NCBI RefSeq assembly: GCF_000143415.4
Contig: NW_003314282.1
Coordinates: 1,569,374-1,633,373 of the forward strand
Direction of reading: 5' to 3'
Source: Selaginella moellendorffii
Lineage: Eukaryota > Plantae > Lycopodiophyta
Length of the DNA stretch: 64,000 nucleotides
Made by a program: the position numbers and the translations under genes. Below, in pieces: positions 29,701 through 43,899 of the stretch (position 1 is the first letter of the stretch; every line of letters begins with the position of its first letter). Below the pieces are notes generated by a model. It was given only the letters and a program-made list of their open reading frames with translations, had not been told where the DNA came from and ran no database searches.

Positions 29701-31557
29701 CATCAAAGTAAGGACTCTTGATTGCATGATGTGAACACAAGCAATGAGTTACACCTCATTGCAAATCATCTCTCCAAGGAGAAAATGATTTACGTGTTTG
29801 ATCCTTCGTCCCTAACAACTCTCTTTTTAGTCTCATCTTTGACTAAACCTCCAGCTTGCTTTCACATTGCCTTCAGTCCAATCCAAGAAAAGTTTATGAG
29901 AGAGCATGGCAATGACTACTTGAACCAATATACTAATCCCTATAGTCTTGATTGATCCACTTGTAATCATGCCTAGAAAGGATCCACTAGTGCCATGCTA
30001 AACAGCTATGGACCAGCCTATTTGTTACTCATAGCAAACCCAGGGAAGGTTTACTTTCACCCACGGTACATAGAACAACTCATGGAACCACCGATAGGCT
30101 AACATTAATCTTGCCAACTCAAAGTGTAACCTTGAGTTGCTAATGTGCCTCATTCACGAGCCCAAGCATAAACTCGTGCAAAATGGTACATCTCAAATCC
30201 GTCTTGCCAACTCAATCCCTCTTATGAGCCCAAGAGCAAACTCACATAATATGGTACAAAAAAGGTACACAAAATCCATACCCAAGGAATGATTGCGAAG
30301 CCTTTGCACCTAAACGTGTACCCACTCGGATCATCATTTTCATTTCTACATATGCAATGAGACTAGTTGCCCAATTTTATTGGATAGTACTTGCCGAGAC
30401 ATATTCTCTGATACCAAATATAGTGCACGTGGTTTTTACCCCTTTATCCTATGGTGATTTACCATAGGATAACACCATGAAGTGGAACCTAAACCCTTTT
30501 TATGCCACGTGACACATGCTATGTGTCCAAAGGACAGTGGTGTGGAACCCTAGTTTCAAGATCTTGGGCCACTGAATGAAGGAACGGTGCCAAACTCCCA
30601 AGCATGGAGCCAAGGAGTGATGGAATTGGACCACGGAGCAATTCCCAAGCATACAGCCTAAAGAGCGAAGAAATAGGAGATTGGAGCGACTTGGAACAAT
30701 CCTAGAGCAACCAACATCCCAATGCCAAGACTAACACGCAAAACGGAGCCAAACGAAGTCTGGCGCTATTTTAGCATACTAGTGGTCTAACACGAGGATA
30801 TGGGTACTCCACCAGCTAGCATGGTGTGGAGCTTGGGCTTAGACCCAAGCCTGACACAAAACAAAGACAGACACACAAGGGAGAGGTAAACTATGCCTCC
30901 ATGCCCAACCTACCCACTATCCCTACTATATATCTGAAACCCCCACAAACCCCCATAAACCCCCCCCCCTCCCCCCCCTTGAGGAACACATGCTTTGGGC
31001 TTTCACCCCAAGCCTCCTTTAGCATCAGGAGTTAGTCTCTAGGACAAGTTTAAAACTTACTAAATATGGAATGTCCCTAGATTGCGCATTTGGACATGGG
31101 ACGAACACCATTATGTTTAGCACAATCTCTACATTCCGTAAATATGCCAAATAAAAAAATCTAGACACTTTCCATAAATAGTATTTAGGACCGGAATGAG
31201 ACTAACACAAAAGGCATGATAGCGAGGGTGTTTAGCAAACACAATAAGCTATCATCCAGCAATATTAAGGGACTAGTCTCAATATGCGAGGGTTCTTGTC
31301 AAGCTAGTGCAAGACAGAGTAAAAGAGAATTAGCAAGCCGGGCCAAGTATGCTTGGCTAAATAGACACTTAGGAATTCCTTTCTTATGCTTGTCCGGCCA
31401 AGTACAGATGCAAAGTTTAGTTTACTAAAACTTGAACAAGAGGGGTTGATAAAGGGTGCAGCAATACCAACCTCTTGCCATCGTGGCAAAAAGGAAAGAG
31501 TGTCCGTAAAGACTGGCCGACAGATAACTTTCAATACCCAAAGTCACATTTGTGACA
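26703..31557 (-). mobile_element. Truncated non-coding LTR retrotransposon (family B, LARD-like), copy 1
   Basis: LTR 30419-31557 and PBS TGGTATCAGAG (ctctgatacca ~30406-30416); the internal region is co-linear with 34140-38661. Confidence 0.8.
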
Positions 31558-34500
31558 GTGCCTTCGTGTCCCAACATATACCATTGCTCAAATTCACAAA
31601 TTGATACTTTTAATTGAACTTTGCATAAGTACATAGAGTTCTGCCTTGTAGAAATTCCTCCACTAGATTTCACGTGTTTGCTAGGTTCTCCTCCGGTTCC
31701 CATATTGCTTCGCAATGTGGAAATCCTCTCCAGTTCACATGGAACTCTCTCACCTTGTGTCTTTGTCTTTTGCTCTTGCGCACATTAAGGATGGCCTCGA
31801 CTTCGTATTCCTCTTCCCCTTGGATACCCTCACGTAAAGGTCTCACTTGGTCTTTGCGAGGCAGCTTGAGTAACTTCACATGGAACACTGGGTGCATCTT
31901 CCCCATCTCTCGAGGAAGTCGGAGGTGGTAAGCCACTTTACTGATTTGTGCCTCAATCTCATAAAGCCCCACAAATCTGCTTAAGGAACTCAAGATCAAT
32001 TTATTTCCAAGACTACATGCATTTTTATCTTTGGGTCAACTTCCGATTGATCCCACTTGGTAGCTTTAGGTTCTTGGTGTTTAGCCACACCTTCTCTTCA
32101 GGTTAGAACTCTACATCCCGGCGCTTCTGGCTTGCATACTTGGTTTGCCTTTGTTGAGCCCATTCCAAGGAATCTCTCATTAAATTCCAAATGTTGAGTC
32201 TTTCCGCTGTGAATGCCTCCATTGCAAGTAATACTCAGCCACATTGAGTTCCACAGGACCGCCTATTGATGACTTCCCATGGACTCACCCCGATACTTGA
32301 GTGTGGTGAGTTATTATAGCACATTTCCACAAATCCCAAATAATTTACTCAATCGGTCTGGTCTCCCGAGACATAGCATCGCAAATAATTCTCCAGCTAC
32401 CTATTCACCCTTTCCATTTGTCCATCTGTTAAGAAGTGTTAATGCCATCGAACTTGACTTAATACCCAATACCTGTTTGTGGGTGATAGGCTGTGTTGAA
32501 TTTCAACTTGGTGCGATATTGTTCCAAGAGAGTTCTCCAGAACCTACTGGTAAAGATCTTATCTCGATATGAGATAATCTCTTTTGGCCTTCCCTCTGAT
32601 ACCAAATGTAACACACGTGGTTTTGACCCTTTATCCTATGGTGATTTACCATAGGATAACACTATGAAGCGGAACCTAAACCCTCTTTGTGCCACGTGAC
32701 AGATGCCATATGTCACATGCCACGTGTGCAAAGGAACATGGTGCAGAACCCGAGGTTCAGGGCCTTGGGCCACTGAACAAAGGAACGGTGCCAAACTCCC
32801 AAGCGTGGAGCCAAGGAGTGATGAAACCGAACCATGAAGCAACTCCCGAGCATAAAGCCCAAAGAGCGAAGGGACAGGAGCCCGGAGTGACTTGGAACAG
32901 TCCTAAAGCAACCAGCATCCCAATGCCAGGACCAGCATGCAAAACGGAGCCAAACGGAGTCTGGCGCTATTTCGGCATACCGGTGGCCTAACGCGAGGAC
33001 ATGGGTACTCCACCAGCTAGCATGGAATGGAACTTGGGCTTAGACCCAAGCCGGACGCAGAACAAGGACAGGCACGCAAGTCGGAGCTAGACTATGCCTC
33101 AGGTTGGTTGGCCATGCCCGACCTACCCACTACCCCTACTATACATTTGGAACCCCCCACAGCCCCCCCCTTGAGGAACACACACCTTGGGCTTTCACCC
33201 CAAGCCTCCCTTAGTATCAAGAGTTAGTCTCTGGGACAAGCTCGAAACTTACTAAATATGGAATGTACTTAGATTGTAAATTTGGACACGGGACGAACAC
33301 CATTGTGTTCAGAACAATCTCTACATTCCGTAGATGTGCCAAATGAGCAAATCTAGACACTTTCCATAAATAGCATTTGGGACTAAAATGAGACTAACAC
33401 AAAGGGCATGATAGCAAGGGTGTTTGGCAGACACGGTAAGCTATCATCTAGCAATATTGAGGGACCAATCTCAGCATCGCGAGGGTTCCCAACACTAGCA
33501 AGTGCAAGTCAACGAATGAGTTTCTCTAACCAGGTCAAGTATGCTTGACAAATAGCACGTAGGAATTCCGTCCTTATGCTCATCTGGTCAAGTGCACACG
33601 CAATGACTAGTTTCTCAATTAGCTTGAGTGGAGACCATAAAAGGGACCAGCAATACTGACCTCCTGCCATCATGGCAGTAAGGTAAGAGTGTCCGTAAGG
33701 ACTGGTTGACAAATAACTTTTGATACCCGAAGTCACATTCGCAACACTCTCCCCCCCTAGGGAAGATTGACGTCCTCGTCGATGTATACTCGAGTCTAGA
33801 ATACCGCCAAAGAAACAACTCCAGAAAAAAGTTCACAGTACTCACACTATGTGAGAAATGCACCAACTTAAATGAGTTAGGGGTAACCTCTTTGTCTAAC
33901 GCGGATGCACTACCAGCTCAGACACCTTCCGGCCGTCGCCGACAAGGAAATGACCACAACAAAGTTAGCCACCCTTGCTGCTCTGGTTGTCACCCAGCTT
34001 ACAAAAGTGTGATACACCTTTGCCCGCAGGGACATAGAGAGAGAAGCCAGAGGCCCCAACCCTCATGAGCAAAGAAACCAAACCCGTTGGTAAGGGTTAG
34101 ATAGACTACTGTAAACAAGTAGTTAGAGTTGTTTACACGGTCACGCCCTTTCAACGAAATAAGGAACATCGACAAAGAGGCGGATTATGTGACCAGTCGA
34201 CAGTAGCTACCCCATGACTAAAGATTTCAACATGCATACGAAGTGCCGAAGCCAGTCTGCCCATTACTAGCCCAAACTCAAAGATCAATAGATGGACAAT
34301 ATCAAAGTCAAAGACAATGATATCTTAGAGACTTAATTATCAGTGAATACATTTTAGATTAGAACACAAAAGTATTCCAAGCAAGTTATCATCCGATAAA
34401 CTAGTATTATAGGATAGGAACCACCAAGATCATCATTTTTGGAAACATAGGATGGACCATCCAACAAAGTTCAATATCAAATATATCATCGAGGAAACTC

Positions 34501-37500
34501 AATGATGAAACTTAACTACCGAAGATGGTAGACAGTATGCCAAACAACTTACTAAAGATAACTCAAAGAACACAAAGTATCATTGACTGGCAAGCAAGAT
34601 GCCTGCGAATGTATCACCCGAAGGAAATAACATCCCAATCTATCAGAACTAACTCAAGCAACAATTAACACAATAGAATGAATGTGGTAAGACTAACAAA
34701 CACCTATTCATGCCAACTATCACAAAAGTCAATCCGAATAAATCCCGGTCAATAATACCAAGGAATCAGAGTTGTTTAAGAAAGTGTTAGCAATATCCTA
34801 TTGATATCTCAAACCCAAGAGACCAATCCAGAGCAAACCACAAAAAACATGTGGTATTGCAAAAAGCCATAAGCCACCAAGGAGAACAACTAACTATCAT
34901 GAAAGAACATCAATCATCCCACTAATGAGGAGATGCATAATCATCGTCGAAGAAACAATCTACCATCCCAAAGAACGGCAAATCATTCTATACCAACAAT
35001 AATCAAGCAAAACCTTTTGACAAAGATAATCAACTATCTTAGATGATAATCAATCATCACTAATGATTGCTAGATGCAAAAGCCAACTTCAACATTGAAG
35101 CTAATGAGCTAAAATGCCTTCCCCAACAACTCCTAACAAATAGAACAATGAGCATAAAACTCAAAGAACCAAAAGTTCGAAGAAGTTTATAGCCAAGTCC
35201 TGCCTAACAATGATCACGAGTTTCACATAAACTAACGTTAATGCTAAAGAAGAAATCATGGTACAACCCACAATATCCTCCTCAACACATTCATAAGCTA
35301 AACTTCATAATGCAAAGCTAATGAAGAGCATGTCTGCATCAATCCAAAAGCTAAGTATAACGAAGCTATGCTCGACAAGTGATCACCAAATGATCCTCCA
35401 TGAATTCATCTATAGCAAGACGTAACTCACTTCATAACAAACACAAGAAGAATCATCAATGATCGATATATTCCAACTCAAATCCAAGCAGGATTCAAAC
35501 ATTCCAATATCGATCACTAACTCTTCCGCTTGTAGAGTTAGCATAGCCTATGACTAAAATTACTTTTCAAGGAAAAGCTCGAAGCTCAACCTCTACTAAA
35601 CAATCTCGTCTAGAACACAACTAACTCAAACTTGCCACTTAGTTTGACACAGTTGCTAACTAGCAATTGAACAAATGTTAATAACACAAAGCTATAGCCA
35701 AATCATCAACATTATCTTCATTGAGACTAATGAAACTCAATATCAATCCTAAAGAGAGACATCTCATCTCACTTGAATCTCAACACCAATAATGTCAACG
35801 ACAAGGCATCATTTCAATGCCATCAACACCAGAACAAAGCTAGAAGAAAGCAAGAGTGAATCACCACTCAAACTCTTTAGCAACTAAGTTAACCAAAGTT
35901 GAAGATACTTTACTAAGTATCCAAAACTAATCCTTTAGCAAAACTCAGTTACAGATAACACTTCATCAAGGAGTGAATCACCACACCCAAGACTCAATGA
36001 AATCCAACACTACAAACTAAACGTAACCAAATGATATCGACAGAAGTAGAGTCGACATGCCAACATAGAAAACCCATGTAAGTCTAACGACACGATCCTA
36101 TGCAACACCATCCAGTAAAGCAAGCCTATCACTACTAAATCATCATCGAGTGAAGCAAGTGTCAAAAGCCCTTGATAAAGTCTACAAGCAATCATTAGTT
36201 GCAAAGCAACCAATAATCACTTTTCAACTTGCCTTCACAAGACTCGAACACTAAGCTCATATCATCAAGTCATATACTTATCCAACATGAATGTAATATC
36301 CCAGGTACGAGATAAAGGTTCATGGACAAGCATGAACTAAATGACCACTCGAATCCAACTCAACCGTGAAAAGCTCATCGACACATTTAGCCAATAGCTC
36401 TGAACATGCTTTGAAGAGGCTAGCTATGTATAATCAACATTTAGTCGAAACTAAAGTGAAGACCATGAGATGGACTCATATCGGTATACAACCTCCTCAT
36501 AGACAAAGCTATAGTACGGGTACCAACATCTCAACCTCAAACAACTAAATTGGACATCACCATCCTCAGCCAAGGCACAGGGCCACCAAGACCAAGTCAA
36601 GATCAGTGAGAGCTCACTACTCTCATAGAGTTTAACGAAATGCAAAGTGCAACCTGCCACCAAGCATAATACTACAGAAGAAAGGCACAAGGGTCACATT
36701 TCTTAGAAAAGCGCAATGGCCACTTTTCTACACCAACTCCAGACTCTATTCAACTCAATTGCCTTAGCCCCAAAAGTCAACATCCCTTTCAAGTCGCATC
36801 ATACAAACTACCTACTAAGGTTTTAAGCCAACCGAAGTCAACTCCAATCCCTTCACTAGTTTGTATAAGCTTATGAAAATGGAATGGTTTTCGAGCAAAA
36901 TGACCAACAGATCAGCCATTGGAAAAGTCTAAGAAAATTTGTGGAAAATTTCCATCCTAGAGAAAGAATGACTCTCAGTCCAGGAATGCAAACTTTCAAG
37001 ACGCAACCAACTTCCTCCTACCTACAACGTCACATAGGTTCACCACAACACAAATTCTCATGACCCATAGTATGCTTAAGCATCGAACATCTTTGCCCAT
37101 ACTTCCGATATCCAACACCGACATCCGCAAATCACGAAGACCACATCTTTGGATATTCACATTGCACTAACACTCTTCTTCAATCATTCTCAAGATCCAA
37201 TGCGAAGCTAAAACACTAACAAGAAAAATGACATGGAAAATCAAGCTCTAAGGAAAATTCCTCATCACTCGAAATAACAATGCCACTTCCACTAACACAA
37301 GTGCTAGTGATGTCAATGCTTTAACTACACGCATTTTCCATCCAACAATCTACTCCAAGTGCTAATGGATCAACCGATGAGCTATAGTAAATGAATGCTA
37401 CAACCTTTTTTCAACACCTTATGGGCAAACCCCTCAGGAACTAAGGTACCAACTTGAGCTTAGCATAATGGACCACCATCAAGAATCCAGTCAAAGTTAC

Positions 37501-40500
37501 TTTAATGTTATTACATGTAAGTAGACTAGCTTCACCATCAACCACTTTGGGGTTGATCATCGTTTAACCAAGCAACTTTGTAAACACACTGCTCACTATC
37601 ACATGGATATGATATAAGTATCACAATGACTTGATCATCAATTGAGCAACACCATGAGCAACACCTATGTCATTACTTCAAAGGTTTATGTGAGTATCAA
37701 GTGTTAACTCGATTCGACAAAATGTAACATAAATATCACACTCCATCAATAGAGATTTACAACACTTAACACCACTAACTTTTGTTCACAACACAGATAA
37801 GCTCATACCACCCTCTTTTTGACCAACTCAAAACTAATCCAACACCAATAGTAAGGTTCCCCGGAAAAGAATTGAGCATTGCAACCCAAATCTTCAATAG
37901 CAAGCCTAGAAAAAATGGTATAGCGCTTCACCACTATCCATCCCATAACTCACCATTTGTAAGACTATCATTTCCAACATGCATCAAGGTAGGGACTCTT
38001 GATTGCATGATGTGAACATGAGCAATGAGTCACCCCTCATTGCAAACCATCTCTCCAAAAGAAAATGATTTACGTGTTTGATTCTTCGTCCCTGATGACT
38101 CTATTTTCGGTCTCATCTTTGACTAAACCCCAAGCTTGCGTTCACATTACCTTCAGTTTAATCCAAGAAAAATTTATGAGAGAGCACGGCAATGACTACT
38201 TGAATCAATAGACTAATCCCTACAGTCTTGATTGATCCACTTGTAATCATGCCTAAGAAGGATCCACTAATGCCGTGCTAAACAGCTACAGACTAGCCTA
38301 TTTGCCACTCATAGCAAACTCAGGGAAGGTTTGCTTTTACCCACGGTATATGGAACAACTCATGGAAACACCGATAAGCTAACATTAATCCTGCCAACTC
38401 AAAGTGTAGCCTTGAGTTGCTAATGTGCCTTACACATGAGCCCAAGCGCAAACTCGTGCAAATTGGAACAACTTAATCCCTCTTATGAGCCCAAGCTCAA
38501 GCTCACAGAATATGGTACAACAAGATAATTGAATCCATACCCAAGGAACGAACGCGAAGTCTTTGCACCCGGATCATCATTTTCATCTCTGCGTATCCAA
38601 CGAGACTAATTGCCCAATCTCATTGGATAATACTCGCCGAGACTCATCCTCTGATACCAAATGTAGCACATGTGGTTTTGACCCTTTATCCTATGGTGAT
38701 TTACCATAAGATAACACCACGAAGCGAAACCTAAACCCTTTTTGTGCCACGTGACAAATGCCACGTGTCACATGCCACGTGTCCAAAGGAACATGGTGCG
38801 GAACCCGAGGTTCAGGGCCTTGGGCCACTGAACGAAGGAACGGTGCCAAACTCCCAAGCGTGGAGCCAAGGAGTGATGGAACTGAACCACGAAGCAACTC
38901 CCGAGCATAAAGCCCAAAGAGCGAAGGGACAGGAGCCCGGAACGACTTGGAACAGTCCTAAAGCAACCAGCATCCCAATGCCAGGACCAGCATGCAAAAC
39001 GGAGCCAAACGGAGTCTGGCGCTATTTCGGCATACCGGTGGCCTAACGCGAGGACATGGGTACTCCACCAGCTAGCATGGAATGGAACTTGGGCTTAGAC
39101 CCAAGCCGGACGTAAAACAAGGACAGGCATGCAAGCAGGAGCTAGACTATGCCTCAGGTTGGTTGGCCATGCCCGACCTACCCACTATCCCTACTATACA
39201 TTTGGAACCCCCCACAGGCCCCCCCCCCCCCCGCTTGAGCAACACACGCTTTGGGCTTTCACCCCAAGCCTCCCTTAGAATCAAGAGTTAGTCTCTGGGA
39301 CAAGCTCAAAACTTACTAAATATGGAATGTCATATGATTGCGAATTTGGACACGGGACGAACACCATTGTGTTCAGAACAATCTCTACATTCCATAGATG
39401 TGCCAAATGAGTAAATCTAGACACTTTCCATAAATAGCATTTGGGACTGAAATGAGACTAACATAAAGGGCATGATAGCGAGGGTGTTTGGCAGACACAG
39501 TAAGCTATTAGCAATATTGAGGGACCAATCTCAGCATCGCGGGGGTTCCCAACACTAGCAAGTGCAAGTCAATGAATGAGTTTCTCTAACCAGGTCAAGT
39601 AGCTTGACAAATGGCACGTAGGAATTCCGTCCTTATGCTCATTTGGTCAAGTGCACACGCGATGACTAGTTTCTCAACTAGCTTAAGTGGAGACCATAAA
39701 AGGGACCAGCAATACCGACCTCCTGCCATCGTGGCAGTAAGGTAAGAGTGTCCATAAGAACTGGTTGACAGGTAACTTTCGATACCCGAAGTCACATTCG
39801 CGACACCTTCCCCGCACTCGAACCACTTGTTCGAAGAACAACTTCACCACACTTTCCGCATCCACTTCCGTTGTGGGTATGAAATGTGCCATCTTCGAAA
39901 ATCGGTCCACCACCACGAATATTGCATCAAACCCCTCACTTGGGGGGAGTCCCATGATGAAGTCCATCGTAAGGCATTTTCGCGAACAATCTGGAGTTGG
40001 GATACTTTATAATAAGCCCCCACATTTTCTCTCTTTAGCATACAGCTGGTGTTCCTTTAGTTTCTCAAACACCTTTGTCAAGTGTTTGGCATCCTCCTCT
40101 AGCGTTTCACTATAGATCAGAATGTCGTCAATATAGACGACCACAAAGTGATCCAGATAGGGTACAAAGATGTGGTTCATCAATGCCGAAAACGTTACCG
40201 GTGCATTGCATAGCCCGAAGGGCATCACCAGAAACTCAAAGCTCCCATACCTTGTCCGATAAGTTGTCTTCTCAGCATCTTCCTCTGCTACCCTGATATG
40301 GTAGTATCCTGACCTTAGGTCAATCCTCGAGAAGTCTTTTGCCTTTCCCAACTTATCAAACAGGTTCTCAATCCCTGGCAAAGGGTACTTGTTCTTCTTT
40401 ATATACTTGTTGAGCAATTGGTAGTCTATGCACATGCATATAAAACCATCTTTCTTTTTCTAAAATAACACAGCACCCCATATGGCAACTTGCTTAACCT

Positions 40501-41417
40501 AACATACCCTTTGTCCACCAACTCTTCTAGTTGGCATTTGAGCTCCTCGAGTTCCTTTTCGCTCAAACAATAGCGTGGATGAACCACTACTTTAGCACCC
40601 TTTACGAGCTTAATCTTATGTTCTATCAGTCATGCGGGGGGCAACCCCGCCGGTAGCTCCTTCGGCATGGTATTTTCGAATTGGTCCAACACCCACTGGA
40701 TCACTAAAGGTACTTCTTCCATTCCCATCTTTTTATCACTCTTCACCAAGAGTAAGCATAAAAATGCTGCCTTGGTTCCTTTAGTGAATTGTCCTTTTGT
40801 TGACACTAGGTTTAAGCAGGAGTCTTTGGCCTTACATTGCCTTACTTTTAGATCCTAGGCCTCCACCCTGGATCGTTCTCCCCAGGCATTCACCAGTACC
40901 ACAAGGTTCCTACCTTGTCCATGCAGAGCTACTACAAACTAATTGAACCAATCCATCCCGAAGATTACATCAAATCCTGCAATGTCCAACATGGTGAAAT
41001 CTATGTCTACTTTCTATATCTCTACTTCGACTTTCGCTTGTCAAAGTACCTCATCAGTGCTTTGGCTACCTTGAACAAACTCTATATTCCTTGGTTCACC
41101 TAGCCATTGCACCGTTAGTTCGGCTTGCCGGACTATGTTTACAGCCATAAAATTATCCGAAGCACTCGTGTCAATAAAGATTTTAACAAAGCTACCTCCA
41201 AGTTTCCCTTGGAGGGCTAGTAGATGTCGTGAATGACTCGTTACCAAAGTTGCTTGTGTAATGAGTAACTTTGAGTTAGGGATTGGATCACGTACTTCAA
41301 TTTGGATTTCACCCGACTTAATGGTCATATTAGCTCTGGCCTTCTTCGGGTAGGGACATTCCCTCAAAAAGTGTCCCGTTTCACCGCAGTTGTAAAACAC
41401 ATTGTTTCCCACATTGC
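31558..41417 (-). mobile_element. Disrupted chromodomain Ty3/Gypsy (family A), split by the family-B insertion at 32593-39805
   Basis: Zn-knuckle/protease (CGETGHFLREC, IFIDTSASDNF; 41041-41417), RT (YIDDILIY; 40007-40435), integrase (MDFIMGLP..VVVDRFSK; 39806-39970, resuming at 32592) and chromodomain (EYEVEAIL..VNWRGFP..WEPEENL; 31670-31999). RNase H is deleted. Confidence 0.88.
32593..39805 (-). mobile_element. Complete non-autonomous LTR retrotransposon (family B, LARD-like), copy 2
   Basis: LTRs of about 1.14 kb at 38662-39805 (5') and 32607-33746 (3') with TG..CA ends. Met-type PBS at ~38649-38659, PPT AGGGGGGGAGAG at 33747-33758, a 4.9-kb internal region without gag/pol, and TSD CCTTC (32588-32592 / 39806-39810). 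Confidence 0.88.
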
Positions 41418-41499
41418 TGTAAGGAACCAACTCTCCGAGGTGTTGTAGGCTAAAGGATCCCCAAAAGCATGACCGAAATGACAAAGAGTTCATTGGATG

Positions 41500-41775
41500 G
41501 GACCGAGTCTGAGATCGAGTCCAAGATTGACTCTGAAACCGAGTTCGAGATAGAGTCCGGAATCAAGTCCGAGGCCGACTCGGAGACCAAGTTCGAGACC
41601 GAGGTCGAGACCGAATTTGAGACGGAGTCCGAGATTTGAGATTGGGTTCGAGACTGAGTCTGAGGTCGAGTCCGAAGTCGAGTCCGAGATCAGGTCCAAG
41701 ATCAAGTCCAAGACCGAATCTGAAGTCGGGTCCGAGATCGAGTCCGAGATCAAGTCCGAGACCAAGTCTGAGTAC
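41500..41775 (+). repeat. Degenerate 6-bp tandem array (GAGTCC/GAGACC/GAGATC) inside family-A LTRs; also at 47805-48045 and 63675-63895
   Basis: Period-6 repeats are directly visible in all three LTR copies. Confidence 0.85.
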
Positions 41776-42613
41776 TAATACAGGTCAAGGGGTGAAAGCC
41801 CAAAGCGTGCGTCTCCCAAGGGGGGGGGGGGGGGGGGGGAGTGGGGGCTGCAGGGGGTTCCAAAAGTATAATAGGGATAGTGAGGTCCAGGAACCAGTCT
41901 TGAAGGAACTCTCTAGTGGTGCTTCCAAACTGACTTGAGGTTGAGATTGGGGCTAAGGGGCCTTGGGTGGGAGTGAGCATGGACTTGGGTGGTGCCAGAG
42001 GGGCCACCCCAGGAAGTGCTCAAGAGCAACTCCCACTCTCGAAAGGGAAACCGACTGCGGTGCTCTCTGCTCATGTGGAGTGGTGCCCCACTTGAGTACC
42101 TTGTGGCTCATTGGTCCTCGCCCTTCCTTGGGGCTTGGGCCTTCCCTTCGAGATGGAAGTGGGGGGGTAGAGGTATCCATACTGGGCTGTTAGGCCACGG
42201 TGTTTCGCCCTGGCGTCCCAAAGCAAGTGTTGCACCCAAAACATGGGATTTAGAGGGTCCCATGATAAGGTCTTGTGGTACCGAGGGATGTTAGAAATCT
42301 TGTGGCTTGGTGTGCTTGGCTGCTTGTGCCTGCGGGGAGTGTAGCCGAACCTTAAGTCCAGTCTAACCCGGGGAGGGGGATTGGGAGAGATTTGGGAATC
42401 CGTGGATAGATGGCTAACACTCCGTTGCTCGTGTAGTGAGTAGCTGAAACCAAGTAGGACCAAGTAGAAGCTGGTACCATATGTGAGAACCTTGGCGAGG
42501 GAACTTAGCAAAAGCCAAGGCAGTGTTGGACGGATAAACGAGGTAAGCTGGCAAATTGGAAAGGAAAAATTTGTGGCTTACAATTTGGTATCGAAGCCTT
42601 TTCCTCAGTTCTA

Positions 42614-43800
42614 GTGAAGGATAGAGGCGGATTGCTGGGAGATGGCAAAAAGGCAAGGCGTAAACGAACCAAGGCAGAGACAGAACCTCCTTTAGAGTTG
42701 GAGCCTCTGGTCGAACAAGAGGCTATGGATGAGGAATCCTTGCATGAGGAGGACTCTAGTAAGAAAACTTCCAAACATGAGTCCGGTGGCGAGGTTTGGT
42801 CGTCCAAGGCTCGATTGGACATTCTAGAAGGACAATTGGCACAAACCAATGCTTTTTTGGAGACTCTCATATGCAAGCTAAAGTGTGAAGAGAAGTGGAA
42901 GAATAAGCAAAAGACTGCAGATGCTAGCAGTGTAGAAGGTGTGGACCCTTCGGTAGAGACTGAGGCAGAACCAAAAAATGTCGAACAGACCGAAGTGGAA
43001 TCAATCCCTCAGGCAGTTCCCAAGTACAAACCAAAGCCCCCACCGATCTTCAAGGGAGTGAACAACTGTAAGGTGGTGGAGGATTGGTTTTACGATATGG
43101 AGGACTACTTCCGAGCATTGCGGTTACCGAGCTCGGAAAAGGTCCCATGTGCAAAACCATACTTGGTAGATAATGCCAAGTCTTGGTGGAGAACGACGGA
43201 GGCCAACGAAGGACCGGTGGCCACTTGGGAAATGATGAAGGCGAGGATCTGCATGACATACATTCCTCCGAATGCTACTCTGCACCTAAGGGATGAGTTG
43301 AGTAGGCTAAAGCAGACCGGAACCATTCAAGAGTATGTGAATGGATTTATGGCAAAGAGGATACTAATCACGGATATGGGTGATATGGATGTGTTCCATG
43401 CTTTCATATCAGGCTTGCAAACCTGGGCTTGCGGCGAGGTGATGTGTTGGAACCCGACCAATTACAAAAAAGCGTTCGATACGGCTATCAAGGTGCATTT
43501 CAACGATAACCTACAAAAGGGGAACACGACGGGGTTGGGGGTCCACATTTAGCAAAAGGGCCAAACCAAGGGGAACATATAGCAAAGGGAAATTCAAGAA
43601 GAGTTTCTCTAAGAATGAGCCCTTGGGGTTCTGAAAAGGCAGATCCGGTGGCTAGCGAGCGAGTACGTGGGGGAGTCAAGCAAAAAGAGATAAACCTATG
43701 GATAAGAAGGGCAAGTTGGTTAGCAGCGTGGGAAACAACATATGCTACAACTGCGGTGACGTGGGACACTTCTCGAGGGAATGTCCCTACCCGAAAAAGG
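42614..43800 (+). pseudogene. gag: gag (retrotransposon capsid domain + CCHC knuckle), frameshifted
   Basis: PPIFKG..VEDWFYDMEDYF..YLVDNAKSWW..LKQTGTIQEYV; CYNCGDVGHFSREC in a shifted frame at ~43743-43785. Confidence 0.85.
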
Positions 43801-43899
43801 CCAGAGCCAATATGGCCATTAAGTCGGGTGAAATCTAAACTGAGGTATATGATCCAGTCCCTAGCTCAAAATTACTCATTACGGAGCAACTTTGGTAGA

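Noticed and set aside
41490-42511. ORFs in LTRs (SDS/LGL/RSR-rich; also 47775-48029, 63451-63954, 32689-33227, 38744-39291)
   Set aside because: They are by-products of hexamer repeats and LTR sequence with no domain content.
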